Assembly: GCA_963835065.1 (NCBI GenBank)
Contig: CAWIEK010000053.1
Coordinates: forward strand, 320,001-384,000
Length of the DNA stretch: 64,000 nt
Direction of reading: 5' to 3'
Source: an uncultured Chthonomonadaceae bacterium
GTDB taxonomy: Bacteria; Armatimonadota; Chthonomonadetes; Chthonomonadales; Chthonomonadaceae
Part shown: one piece after another, positions 42,405-51,685 of the stretch
Layout: each line of letters begins with the position of its first letter
Position numbering within the stretch: the first letter of the stretch is position 1
Program-made: the position numbers and the translations under genes
Notes under the pieces: generated by a model
What the model was told of the DNA's origin: nothing
Databases searched by the model: none
Seen by the model: only the letters and a program-made list of their open reading frames with translations

Positions 42405-42510
42405 GAAGAACAGGAGAGAGGAACCGCGAAACACACGAACCAAACGAAAAGAGGACAAAAAGAGGACAGGAAATAGACAGTATTAAGCGGATTAGCAGGA
42501 TTAAAAGGGT
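42405..42510. repeat. AACCGCGAAA-type left arm plus a CAGGATT-type run
   Basis: GGAACCGCGAAACACACGAACCAAACGAAAAG; can pair with 43143-43190. Confidence 0.8.
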
Positions 42511-42818
42511 ATGTAGAGTCATCGTCGAAATCTTGGCAATACAGCGCTTCCAGCCCGATGTCTCGTTGTGTCAGGTTGTAGGAGTGAGGCATCGTGGCCT
42601 CCGCAGCGTCAGGGCGAGCGGGAGGGGTGAAACATAGGACTTGCACCTCCCTTCCTGTGTGTAACGCCTGAAATGTAGACGTTTGTTACCTGTTAGACGG
42701 TAGTATCGGGCAAAGGGTTCGTTTCTTTTGCGTTATTTTGCTTTTTTCTGCCTCTTTTTTCTATCTTTTTCCTGTCTGTTTTTGCGGGAGGGTTGCTATT
42801 GGTACTGTGGGAATGGGA

Positions 42819-43107
42819 ATGAAACACACCTGCCCTGTTTGTGGATACAACCAACTGAGCCGCGCGCCGGAAGATTATACAATCTGCCCCTGCTGCCGTA
42901 CGGAGTTTGGCGCAAGTGACCAGTTCTGGACACACGCGGAGTTACGTCAGGACTGGATTACGCGCGGAGCGCAGTGGAGCAGACGTTATGTTCCCGGAGC
43001 CGCAGGGATGGTCAGCCGCCGAGCAGCTAAAAACCATTGGTTACATCTGCACGTATGCGAATTTAGAAAGCATCGCGCGATCAAACCCAACACCGGCAAC
43101 AGTTTAA
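42819..43107 (+). CDS. Orphan cysteine-rich (CPCC-like) immunity-type protein, frame broken near 42990
   Basis: CPVCGY...ICPCCRTEFG..D..WTHAELRQDW...GWSAAEQLK; paralog of 43615-43947. Confidence 0.75.
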
Positions 43108-43132
43108 CCCTCTTCGCCCCTTTGCGGTTCTT

Positions 43133-43173
43133 TTTGCCTTTCCTTTTTCGTTTACTTTGCGTCTTTCGCGGTT
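43133..43173. repeat. 41-bp direct repeat (second copy 44044-44084)
   Basis: TTTGCCTTTCCTTTTTCGTTTACTT[T/C]GCGTCTTTCGCGGTT, 40/41 identical. Confidence 0.92.
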
Positions 43174-43194
43174 CCCCTCTCCTTGTCTTCCTTA

Positions 43195-43203
43195 TGGTAT
43201 AAT
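43195..43203 (+). promoter_or_regulatory. Extended -10 promoter for the toxin-immunity pair
   Basis: TGGTATAAT, then AGGAGG RBS at 43236-43241. Confidence 0.6.
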
Positions 43204-43249
43204 TTGGCAGTAGGAACCAACACTCTATGGGTTCAGGAGGGCACAAATT

Positions 43250-43618
43250 GTGCCGGTTGCCATCAATTTTGCAAGTTCGACACTTCTTACCAGACATTAT
43301 GCTCGGCATAAGGGAGACTTTGCTGTAACAAGCGAACAAGAGTATCTGAAAAAGGCCAAGAACTTCCTGAACACTCCTCTTGCCAGCAACACGAACATTG
43401 AAGAAAAACAGCGCAAAAGAGGCGGCGTCTTAGTTGAGGAGTGGGTTCGCTATGACAAAGCAACAAACGAATTTGCTGTCGTGTATATGGACGGCACAAT
43501 TGGGACTTACTTCAAGCCAATGATGTTGAGCGCGGCTCCAGCAGGTATGCCGCGCGACAAGATGCACAAGCGTTCAAGCAATTATCAGTATTTTCTGGAT
43601 GAGTGTGACTTACCATGA
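43250..43618 (+). CDS. Stand-alone polymorphic-toxin-like nuclease domain
   Basis: HYARHKGDF....EYLKKAKNF...VRYDKATNEF....DGTIGTYFKP resembles Rhs/CdiA C-terminal RNase tips; ATGA overlap with next gene. Confidence 0.7.
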   Translation: MPVAINFASSTLLTRHYARHKGDFAVTSEQEYLKKAKNFLNTPLASNTNIEEKQRKRGGVLVEEWVRYDKATNEFAVVYMDGTIGTYFKPMMLSAAPAGMPRDKMHKRSSNYQYFLDECDLP

Positions 43619-43947
43619 CAGAGAAAATTATATGTCCGGTGTGTGGATACGATGCGCTGGAGCGGCCTATCCACAATTACGACGTTTGCCCAAGTTGCCT
43701 GTGTGAGTTTGGCGTGAGTGATGCTGACTGGACTTACGCGGAATTGCGCGAGGATTGGATTGCTAATGGCGCGCTATGGGCATGGGGAAGCAAGGATATA
43801 CCGGAGCTTCGTGGCTGGTCGGCAGTCGAGCAATTGAAAAACATAGATTACCACTGCACATTGCAGGACATACGCAGCATAGCTCGTTTTCGAGAAACTT
43901 CTGATGGTATTGAACGGCCTGAGCTAAAGTCGGCGTTCGGCGCATAA
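43615..43947 (+). CDS. Cysteine-rich (CPCC-like) putative immunity protein
   Basis: CPVCGY...YDVCPSCLCEFG; translationally coupled to the toxin-like gene. Confidence 0.75.
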   Translation: MTEKIICPVCGYDALERPIHNYDVCPSCLCEFGVSDADWTYAELREDWIANGALWAWGSKDIPELRGWSAVEQLKNIDYHCTLQDIRSIARFRETSDGIERPELKSAFGA

Positions 43948-44131
43948 GCTAATGCCTTTCTAACAAGGATGCTGTTATGTCGCGCCTCGCAGGTGCAACG
44001 AAACGATTGTTCAAAGATGCACAGATGTGCTTAATTTTACTCCTTTGCCTTTCCTTTTTCGTTTACTTCGCGTCTTTCGCGGTTTGTATGTCTCCCCCTC
44101 TCCTCTTCTCCTCCCTTCTTCCTCCCCTTCC

Positions 44132-46699
44132 CTACGCCTGTTCCCACTCCGCAACCAAACTACGCGCTCTGGCAATGGCGCGTGTATCCTGCGTGGTTTC
44201 CAGCACCTGAAGCGCCTGCCGCACCCAGCGCAATGCCGCTGCCGAATTACCCTGCCTATTATAGAACAACGCCAGATTGATTAACGTCTCTCCTTCTCCA
44301 ACGCGATTTCCGGCCTCCCGGCGAATGACCAAGCTTTGCTCAAAGCAGGCAATCGCTTCCTCCCAATGGCCTTGACCCTCATAGACAACGCCCAGGTTGC
44401 TAAGCGTAATTGCTTCTTCCAACCTAGCCTTTAACTCTCGAAACAGGAGTAAACTTTGCTCAAAGCAGGCAATCGCTTCTTCCCAACGGCCTTGTTGCTG
44501 ATAGACATTGCCCAAGTTGGTAAGGGTTCCCCCTTCTCCAATGCGGTCGTCGAACTCGCGGCAGGTCGCTAAATCTTGCTCAAAGCAGGCAATCGCTTCC
44601 TCCCAACGGCCTTGTTGCTGATAGACATTTCCCAGGTTATTGAGCGTTTGTCCTTCGCCAATGCGGTTGCCAAATTCACGGAAGATTGGAAGGCTTTGTT
44701 CATAGCAGGCAATCGCTTCCTCCCAACGACCCTGTGTGTTGTAGACAACGCCCAGGTGAGTGAGAGTCCGCCCCTCGGCTGCTTTCTGGCCCGCAGTCCG
44801 TGTGACTCGTAAGGTTCGCAGGTTCAGTTCCTCTTGTTCCGACCACAGGCCGCGCAACAGCAGAAAACCGCCCATATACGCCGAAATGTATTCTATGACC
44901 TGCCATCTTTCTTCCCAACTCGTCTGCACTTCCGCAGTTTCGGCAGCATAGACGGCGTTGCGCCATTCTGCATCCAGAACGGCGTTGTTAGAATGGTCGT
45001 TAATGTTGTTGTGACCCATTGCTAATTGAGCATAGTAAATGCTGTAACGTTGCCGACGCGCATCCGCATTGGGCAGGTCATTCAATCTGGCAGCCGCGTA
45101 GAAGCGCGTGGGCCGCAGGAAGGTGTAGCGTCCGCAGCCATCCGCATCGAAGCCTTGCAGGTTTACAAGGCTGGCCTCGTGCAGTCGGTCCAGCAGGGTT
45201 TCGGCGTCTTCAATCTGACAAACCTCTTCCACCCGCGCAGCCGTGAACGTATCGCCGAAGACTCCCAGGCAGGCCAATCCTTCCTGAAACTGCGGCTCCA
45301 GTAGAGTGTATGACCAGTCCAAGCAACGAGTTAGAGACTCGTGACGGATGCTGGCATCGCTGTGAGCGTGTCCAGGCTGATGTCCACTGTACGGGCCGAG
45401 CGGCGTGTCGCGCAAGCCTTCCGCCATCTTTTGCAGCGAGCGCTTGCCCACATACGCCGCCACCAGTTCCAATCCCAACGCCTGACACTCCGTATACTTC
45501 AGAATGTCTTGGAACCACTTGCGCTCCCCACTTGAAACCTGCCAGCCGTCCACTTTTAACTGCGCCCGCTCCACAAACAGCCGTTCCGCTTCTTCGTCCG
45601 TCATGCCGGCAACCGGAACCTCTTTTTCCACATTGTCCAGTTTTACGGTTTCGCGCCCCGTCACCAATAAGCGCGCGTCGGGACAGGTGAGCAGCAAATC
45701 GCGCAGCAGGTCGCGGACTTCGACACAATCCACCGACTCGTAGTTGTCCAGCACGAACAGCGCGGCCTTGTCCTGCAAGGCGGGCAGCAGTTGTTCCAGC
45801 GTGGCCGGGTTGCCTTCCACCTGCATGGCCCGCCCTATCTCTTCCACAACCGACGCCTCAGATGCGAGACGGTCGACAAGCGCAACGAAATACAGGCCAT
45901 CCTTGAACGCGCTTGCGACTTGCAGGGCGCAGGCGACGGCCAGCCGGGTTTTGCCCATGCCGCCAAAACCGTGCAGCGTGACCAGCCGCACTTTTTCGCG
46001 GTCATTCAAGCGCTCGGCGTAATGGCGCAGGATTTTGGCCTGCAAGTCGCTGCGGTCAATATAGCGATTGAGTTCGATGCCGAACCCTTTAGGTATCCAG
46101 CGCGTTCCCGGCTCGCCCCGCGACGTGCCTTCCCCCTCCCACAGCAGTTCATGGATGTCTTCCGGGGTGAGAAAGTCTTTCAATCGGCGATTCTTCCAGT
46201 GCTGCCATTGGTATGCCTGCCCGTTTCCCGCTTCCTCGCAGGCTTTGTGCGACACCAGTATCTGCCCGCCCACGCCCGGCGCTCCTATACGTGAAGCGAG
46301 ATTCACTTCCAGATTTCGGTACTTGCCGTTCTCGAAAAACACTTCCTGCGAGGCGCGGTAAATGCCCATCCGCACCCGAACCGTCCACATTTTGCCTTCC
46401 GCTTCCTGCGCAGTCGGCTCTGCTTGTGCCGTAATCGGTTCCGCGTGGAGGCTTTGCTGAATGGCGCAGGCGCAGGCAAGAGCATCGCGGGCATGTTGGA
46501 ACGTGACCATAAAGCCGTCGCCGGGATGATCCACTTCATAGCCATTATGCGCCACAAACACTTCCCGCAAGCGTTCGTCATGCGCTTCCATCAAGGCTTT
46601 GTAGGCATGGGGAACCGCGCGGCTGAGTTTTGTAGACCCTTCCACGTCGGTATACAGCAGCGTAATCGTTCCCTGCGGCGGCACAATCGCTTCGGACAT
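44132..46699 (-). CDS. Class III nucleotide cyclase + STAND NTPase + TPR protein
   Basis: LLYTDVEGST, GDGFM, VRMGI; GFGGMGKT, FVLDNYE, LLVTGR; 40-aa TPR repeats. Confidence 0.9.
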   Translation of the reverse strand: MSEAIVPPQGTITLLYTDVEGSTKLSRAVPHAYKALMEAHDERLREVFVAHNGYEVDHPGDGFMVTFQHARDALACACAIQQSLHAEPITAQAEPTAQEAEGKMWTVRVRMGIYRASQEVFFENGKYRNLEVNLASRIGAPGVGGQILVSHKACEEAGNGQAYQWQHWKNRRLKDFLTPEDIHELLWEGEGTSRGEPGTRWIPKGFGIELNRYIDRSDLQAKILRHYAERLNDREKVRLVTLHGFGGMGKTRLAVACALQVASAFKDGLYFVALVDRLASEASVVEEIGRAMQVEGNPATLEQLLPALQDKAALFVLDNYESVDCVEVRDLLRDLLLTCPDARLLVTGRETVKLDNVEKEVPVAGMTDEEAERLFVERAQLKVDGWQVSSGERKWFQDILKYTECQALGLELVAAYVGKRSLQKMAEGLRDTPLGPYSGHQPGHAHSDASIRHESLTRCLDWSYTLLEPQFQEGLACLGVFGDTFTAARVEEVCQIEDAETLLDRLHEASLVNLQGFDADGCGRYTFLRPTRFYAAARLNDLPNADARRQRYSIYYAQLAMGHNNINDHSNNAVLDAEWRNAVYAAETAEVQTSWEERWQVIEYISAYMGGFLLLRGLWSEQEELNLRTLRVTRTAGQKAAEGRTLTHLGVVYNTQGRWEEAIACYEQSLPIFREFGNRIGEGQTLNNLGNVYQQQGRWEEAIACFEQDLATCREFDDRIGEGGTLTNLGNVYQQQGRWEEAIACFEQSLLLFRELKARLEEAITLSNLGVVYEGQGHWEEAIACFEQSLVIRREAGNRVGEGETLINLALFYNRQGNSAAALRWVRQALQVLETTQDTRAIARARSLVAEWEQA

Positions 46700-46870
46700 C
46701 AAGGCTGCCCTCCCTGCTTCCAAATTGGTACGGAGTGACTGAGCAACGGCGTCTCTCCCCACAAACCAAAAATCTCCAACAAAACAATAAACCGGCCTTG
46801 CAACAATGCCGGAGCGTTCGCCGCGCAAACCTGATTTTCCTCCCTCACCGCCTTACGCAGAAAAGAAGAA

Positions 46871-46928
46871 GAGGAGAAGAGGAGAGGGGGAGACATAGAA
46901 ACCGCGAAAGACGCAAAATAAACGAAAA
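46871..46928. repeat. 58-bp inverted repeat of 44056-44113
   Basis: 55/58 identical to the reverse complement. Confidence 0.92.
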
Positions 46929-47036
46929 CAGACGAACTGAAATTTTGTGCAGAAGGCGGAAACGCTTGCCAATAGAAGAAAGGGGAAGCCCTGTTTCCCC
47001 TTTCCTTTTGTTTTGCATTTTTCAGGAGAACCGTTC

Positions 47037-47747
47037 ATGCGCTCCCGCAGCCTTGTCCGCCATCTAATTCGTACCCTTTTGCTGTCGGCCCTCTTCTTTC
47101 TCGCGCTGGCGTCGGCGCAGGCGCAACAGCTTATTTTTGATAATACCTTCCGCTACACCAGTCAGGAAACGCGCGACGACGGCACGGGCATCGGAACCTG
47201 TATCACGCAGGTTGCCGCCGATACGCAAATCGGCAGTTTCGCCGCCCCGGTCAGCCTCACGCAAGCGGGCGATCTGGAATTTCTAATTTTCGATTCCAAC
47301 AACGGCGCGTTGCTGTACCAGAGCGCGCCCAAAGCCTACGCTTTCGACAACGGCGTGGTTTCCCTGCACCATTCCGACCCGTTCCAATTCACGCTGCAAG
47401 CGGGACACCAGTACGACATAGGCGTTTTGGCGGATGTGCCGCTGGTGTACCAGTGGTGGTTCCACAGTTTTGCCGCTTCGCCCGGCAAGCCCCCCTACAG
47501 TTTCACTGAAAACGGCATCACGTCGGCAGGCAGCCTCAACGCCAACTTCAACACCTACGCCGGCACGTTCGCCCACCCTCACGATGACCTCGCTCCCGGC
47601 CTCGTGGATATGGGACTCGTCCTCTACGGCCCTACCGCCAATCCGTCCGCCGTTCCCGAACCCGGCGCAGTAACGCTGATCGCCGCTCTCCTCCTGTCCA
47701 CCGCCATGCTGCTCCGCTGGAAGAGAATTCACCACCCGCTTCGCTAG
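47037..47747 (+). CDS. PEP-CTERM sorting domain protein
   Basis: CAGGAG RBS, signal peptide ending AQAQ, VPEPGA + TM + RWKR. Confidence 0.88.
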   Translation: MRSRSLVRHLIRTLLLSALFFLALASAQAQQLIFDNTFRYTSQETRDDGTGIGTCITQVAADTQIGSFAAPVSLTQAGDLEFLIFDSNNGALLYQSAPKAYAFDNGVVSLHHSDPFQFTLQAGHQYDIGVLADVPLVYQWWFHSFAASPGKPPYSFTENGITSAGSLNANFNTYAGTFAHPHDDLAPGLVDMGLVLYGPTANPSAVPEPGAVTLIAALLLSTAMLLRWKRIHHPLR

Positions 47748-48035
47748 AGGCACAGAGGAAGAGGGGGAGAAGGGGAGAAGAGGAGAAGAGGAGAGTGGGA
47801 ACCGCGAAACACACGAACTAAACGAAAAAAGAACAAAAGGACAAGGAGAAAAGCATCATAGAAACCATGAGGTGACTGTACTTCTTTACCGTCTTTGCTT
47901 CTTTGCGGTTTTTGTTTTTCCTTTTTTCGTTTTGGTTCGTTTCTTTCGCGGTTCCCCTCTCTTCTCTCCTGTTGTCCTTCTCGCATCGGCTTTTCCTCTG
48001 TGTCTCTGTGTCTCTAGCGAAGCGGGTGGTGAATT
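47726..48035. repeat. Nested ACC[AG]C-type inverted-repeat elements
   Basis: Outer 32-bp arms (1 mismatch); inner GGGAACCGCGAAA (47797)...TTTCGCGGTTCCC (47956). Confidence 0.9.
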
Positions 48036-48043
48036 TTTCCTGT

Positions 48044-48061
48044 TTGTGCGATTTTTCACAA
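48044..48061. promoter_or_regulatory. Rex/CRP-like palindrome upstream of ctaA
   Basis: TTGTGCG-ATTT-TTCACAA vs TTGTGAA-N4-TTCACAA. Confidence 0.5.
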
Positions 48062-48174
48062 CCTTCGTTCGTAGACTAGGCAACAGCGTAAATGCGGGGT
48101 ACAATGAGGGAGAAGGATGAAGGATGAAGGATGAAGGATGAACAGTCGTCCTCCTTTCGGCTTCCGGCCTTCAC

Positions 48175-49140
48175 TTGAGGGCACAGCGATTGCGCGTTAA
48201 AGCGTTTGCCAAAATCCGGTTTCCGCAGTATGCGTGGGGCGTGTTGGTGTACATGCTGTTTGTTGTCGTCTGGGGCGCGGTGGTGCGCGCGTCCGGGTCG
48301 GGCGACGGGTGCGGCAAGCACTGGCCGTTTTGCGGCGGGCAACTCATTCCCGTATTTCAGCGGCTGGCTACCCTTGTTGAGTTTTCCCATCGCATTTCTA
48401 CCGGGCTGATTTTGCCGCTTATCGGGTTGCTGGTGGTTTGGGCGTGGCGGGCGTTTCCCCGGTTCCATCCGGTTCGATTGGGCGTGATGCTGTGCCTGCT
48501 GTTTACCTTGACGGAAGCCGCGTTTGGCGCGATTCTGGTAAAGTTCGGCCTTGTCGCCGGGAACCAATCCATTGCCCGCGTCGTGATGATGTCACTGCAC
48601 CTTGTCAACACGTTCGTTCTGCTGATGTGTCTTGCGCTCACGGCCTGGTGGAGCGGCGGCATGCCCCGGTTCACCTTCCGCAATTCGGGAACGCTTGGAC
48701 TGGCGCTCGGCGCGGGATTGGCCGCAACCCTGTTTCTCGCCGTGACGGGCGCGATTACCGCCCTGATTGACACGCTGTATCCGGCCAGCAGTTTGTACGC
48801 AGCCTTGCAGCAGGATTTGAACCCCGGCGTTCACGTGCTTATTCGCCTGCGCCTGCTGCATCCGTTTATCGCTGTTGCGGTGGGCATTTATTCGGTTCTT
48901 GTCGCGCGCTATGCAGTCCGCGTTCGCCCGACGTATGACACGCGGCGTTTTGCCCGCATGGTTGTGGTTTTGTTCGGCATCAATATCGTGGCGGGCTGTC
49001 TCAATGTCGTGACGCTGACGCCTATCGGGATGCAATTGCTGCACCTGCTGCTTGCCGATTTACTATGGATCGCGCTGGTTCTGCTGACCGCTTCCACACT
49101 GGCGCAAAGGTACTATCCGAGTGAAGATTTCGACCGCTGA
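48175..49140 (+). CDS. ctaA: Heme A synthase (COX15/CtaA)
   Basis: GAVVRASGSGDGCGKHWPFC, VEFSHR, LHLVN, LHLLLA; start uncertain. Confidence 0.88.
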   Translation: MRAQRLRVKAFAKIRFPQYAWGVLVYMLFVVVWGAVVRASGSGDGCGKHWPFCGGQLIPVFQRLATLVEFSHRISTGLILPLIGLLVVWAWRAFPRFHPVRLGVMLCLLFTLTEAAFGAILVKFGLVAGNQSIARVVMMSLHLVNTFVLLMCLALTAWWSGGMPRFTFRNSGTLGLALGAGLAATLFLAVTGAITALIDTLYPASSLYAALQQDLNPGVHVLIRLRLLHPFIAVAVGIYSVLVARYAVRVRPTYDTRRFARMVVVLFGINIVAGCLNVVTLTPIGMQLLHLLLADLLWIALVLLTASTLAQRYYPSEDFDR

Positions 49141-50143
49141 CACGATTGCCAAAGACACGCTTGCCACTGCCGCCGCGTCTCCTATACGCGAGGCGGTTGT
49201 CGCCGGTGAAACCACGCCCTGCATGACGCCGGAAGTGACGGTTCCGCACCTGCTTGCGCCGCCGTCCATACGCGGAACCATGAACGCTTACATCGCGCTG
49301 ACCAAGCCGCGTATCATCAGCCTGTTGCTGTTTACAACCCTTGCGGCCATGTACATCGCCAATGACGCGCGACATCCCGTGAGTTTTGTATTGTTTTGGG
49401 CGGTCGCTATCGGCGGCTACATGATGGCAGGCGCGGCCAATACGATTAATATGGTGATTGACCGCGACATTGACGGACGCATGGCGCGTACCGCCAAACG
49501 CCCGACCGTGACGCAGTTTATTTCCACGCGCAACGCTCTGCTGTTCGCCCTGATCCTTTCGGTTGTGTCGTTTGCCCTGCTGTGGGGCGCGGGCTGCCTG
49601 CAATCCGCTTTGTTCGCGCTGGCAGGATTAGCCTTTTATGTTGTCGTATACACTCTTATCTTGAAGCGCCGAACGTGGCAGAACATCGTATGGGGCGGCG
49701 CGGCAGGCTCGTTTCCGCCACTCGTCGGCTGGACGGCGGTAACGCACACGATGCACCCGCTTGCATGGACGCTGTTCGCCATTATCTTTGTCTGGACTCC
49801 CGTACACTTTTGGGCGCTGGCGATTTTGCTGAAGGAAGATTACACCAAAGCGGGTATTCCCATGCTGCCGTCCGTGCGCGGTGAGCGCGTAACCGTCAAG
49901 CAAATCAGCTATTACACGGCGCTTACCGTTGCGGTCACGCTGCTGCCGTTTGCGCAGCATCAGGTGAGTTATTTATATCTGGCGGGCGCAGGGCTGCTCA
50001 ATGCCGGACTGGTTGCTTACACCGCCAAACTGTACCAAAAGCCGGAACGCCCGCAGGCCTCGCACCTGTTTCACTATTCGATGATCTATCTGGCCGCGCT
50101 GTTTCTGGTCATGGCGCTTGACCATAATTTGCTAAAACCTTAA
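49121..50143 (+). CDS. ctaB: Heme O synthase (protoheme IX farnesyltransferase)
   Basis: LTKPRI, DRDIDGRMARTAKRP, WTPVHFWALA, AGIPMLP. Confidence 0.95.
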   Translation: MKISTADTIAKDTLATAAASPIREAVVAGETTPCMTPEVTVPHLLAPPSIRGTMNAYIALTKPRIISLLLFTTLAAMYIANDARHPVSFVLFWAVAIGGYMMAGAANTINMVIDRDIDGRMARTAKRPTVTQFISTRNALLFALILSVVSFALLWGAGCLQSALFALAGLAFYVVVYTLILKRRTWQNIVWGGAAGSFPPLVGWTAVTHTMHPLAWTLFAIIFVWTPVHFWALAILLKEDYTKAGIPMLPSVRGERVTVKQISYYTALTVAVTLLPFAQHQVSYLYLAGAGLLNAGLVAYTAKLYQKPERPQASHLFHYSMIYLAALFLVMALDHNLLKP

Positions 50144-50353
50144 CAATTGACGATTTTCAATTGCCGATTGCCGATTGGCTGCGCACCTAGACAAACGAGA
50201 GGTTCACCGGGTATAATGCGGGCAGTTTACACTTCAAGCCTGCATGTTCCGCTTCTCGTTCGCGCCTTTCCAGCCTTTGCTGCCTACATAAAATTTCCCA
50301 ACTCGCGTCATAGTCACGCGAACATCACGCAGCAGGGATTTGAAGCGCAGGCA

Positions 50354-50371
50354 TCGTGAAAAATTGCACAA
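50354..50371. promoter_or_regulatory. Rex/CRP-like palindrome upstream of the ACIII operon
   Basis: TCGTGAA-AAAT-TGCACAA. Confidence 0.5.
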
Positions 50372-50773
50372 ATTTCCGTTGAAAGCAGTAAAACGCGGCA
50401 GGAAACTGCGCGACGCTCGTTAAAATACCAATGCGAATGTAGGCGCAGCGAAAACAAGGCCAACGAGAATGGGGAACCATCCCGCAACGAAAGCGTAATT
50501 GCTGCCAAACCTGCTCCAAATTTTGATTGAGAAAAGTTGTTCCCGCTTTCCATGTACCTGCCTGAGTAGTTGATAGTTCATAGTTGATAGTTGATAGACA
50601 CGTAGGAACTACAAACTTTCAGTGCCCGCCGCTTGTTTGAATGTGTATTTGGTTTGTGTTCGATTGTTATGGCTCTTGTTGAGCGTGTTTGTCCAGAACT
50701 GAAATGCCTATGCCGGTGAATTGCGCGCCCGTTGCGACGCTGCCACTATCCCGGATATGCCTGGAGCGTGTTG

Positions 50774-51544
50774 ATGGCTCAAATTTTCCACCCCGCAACC
50801 AATGTGCTTGCAAAGGCCAGCCTGCTGTTTTTCGGCATCATCGGGCCGACGGCGACGCTGCTCATTGCCAGCGGCGTTTCCCGTATGTCGTTCAATACCA
50901 AAGTGGGCGTTCCTCTGCCGCAGCCGGTCCCGTTCAGCCACGAACACCATGCCGTCGAGTTAGGAATTGACTGCCGCTATTGTCACGGCGGCGTCGAAAA
51001 GTCCTCCTACTCGCCCCTGCCGGCTACGGAAGTGTGCATGTCGTGCCATTCGCAAATTTGGACGGACAGCCCCCTGCTCGATCCCATCCGCAAAAGCTAC
51101 GCCGAAGGCAAGCCGATGCTGTGGAACAACGTGAACGCCGTACCCGATTTCGCTTATTTCCCGCACAACATCCACATCAACCGGGGCATTTCGTGCAACT
51201 ACTGTCACGGCCCCATTCAGAAGATGATGATGGTCTACAAGGGCAAGTCGTTCTTCATGGTGTGGTGCCTGAACTGCCACCGCCAGCCGGAGAAATTCAT
51301 TCAGCCCCGCGAAAACGTGTGGAAACTGTATCAGGACATTCAGCGCTTCGGCTACGCGGTTGATTCCAGCGGCAAGGACGAGAACGATCCCAAGCGCGAA
51401 GGGCTGACGCCGCGCCAGTACGCGCTCGCCGAAGGGCAGTCGTACATGAACAACGCCGACGAAACCCTCGTCAGCCAGCATTTGATTACTCAGTATCGCG
51501 TGAAGAAGCAGCAGCTTGCCGACTGTTGGATATGCCATCGGTAA
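50774..51544 (+). CDS. actA: Alternative complex III pentaheme cytochrome c
   Basis: QPVPFSHEHH; five CxxCH motifs. Confidence 0.92.
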   Translation: MAQIFHPATNVLAKASLLFFGIIGPTATLLIASGVSRMSFNTKVGVPLPQPVPFSHEHHAVELGIDCRYCHGGVEKSSYSPLPATEVCMSCHSQIWTDSPLLDPIRKSYAEGKPMLWNNVNAVPDFAYFPHNIHINRGISCNYCHGPIQKMMMVYKGKSFFMVWCLNCHRQPEKFIQPRENVWKLYQDIQRFGYAVDSSGKDENDPKREGLTPRQYALAEGQSYMNNADETLVSQHLITQYRVKKQQLADCWICHR

Positions 51545-51550
51545 GGAGGA

Positions 51551-51675
51551 AGTAGTCAGTAGTCAGTAGTCAGTAGTCAGTAGAAAAACCCTCTGCTAAC
51601 AAACCTTTACTGGCGCACAAACCTTTGAGTAGACAGGCATTTCTACTGACTACTGACTACTGACTACTGACTACT
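51551..51675 (+). repeat. (AGTAGTC)4 inverted heptamer element
   Basis: Arms 51551-51586 and 51640-51675. Confidence 0.93.
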
Positions 51676-51685
51676 CTACACCATT

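Noticed and set aside
41981..42646. Minus-strand ORF with a GGAGG before MPHSYNLTQ
   Set aside because: It runs into repeat sequence and antisense of 41807-42364; no support beyond the RBS-like motif
50150..50770. Riboswitch or ncRNA upstream of actA
   Set aside because: No recognisable aptamer consensus by eye; an Rfam scan would be needed
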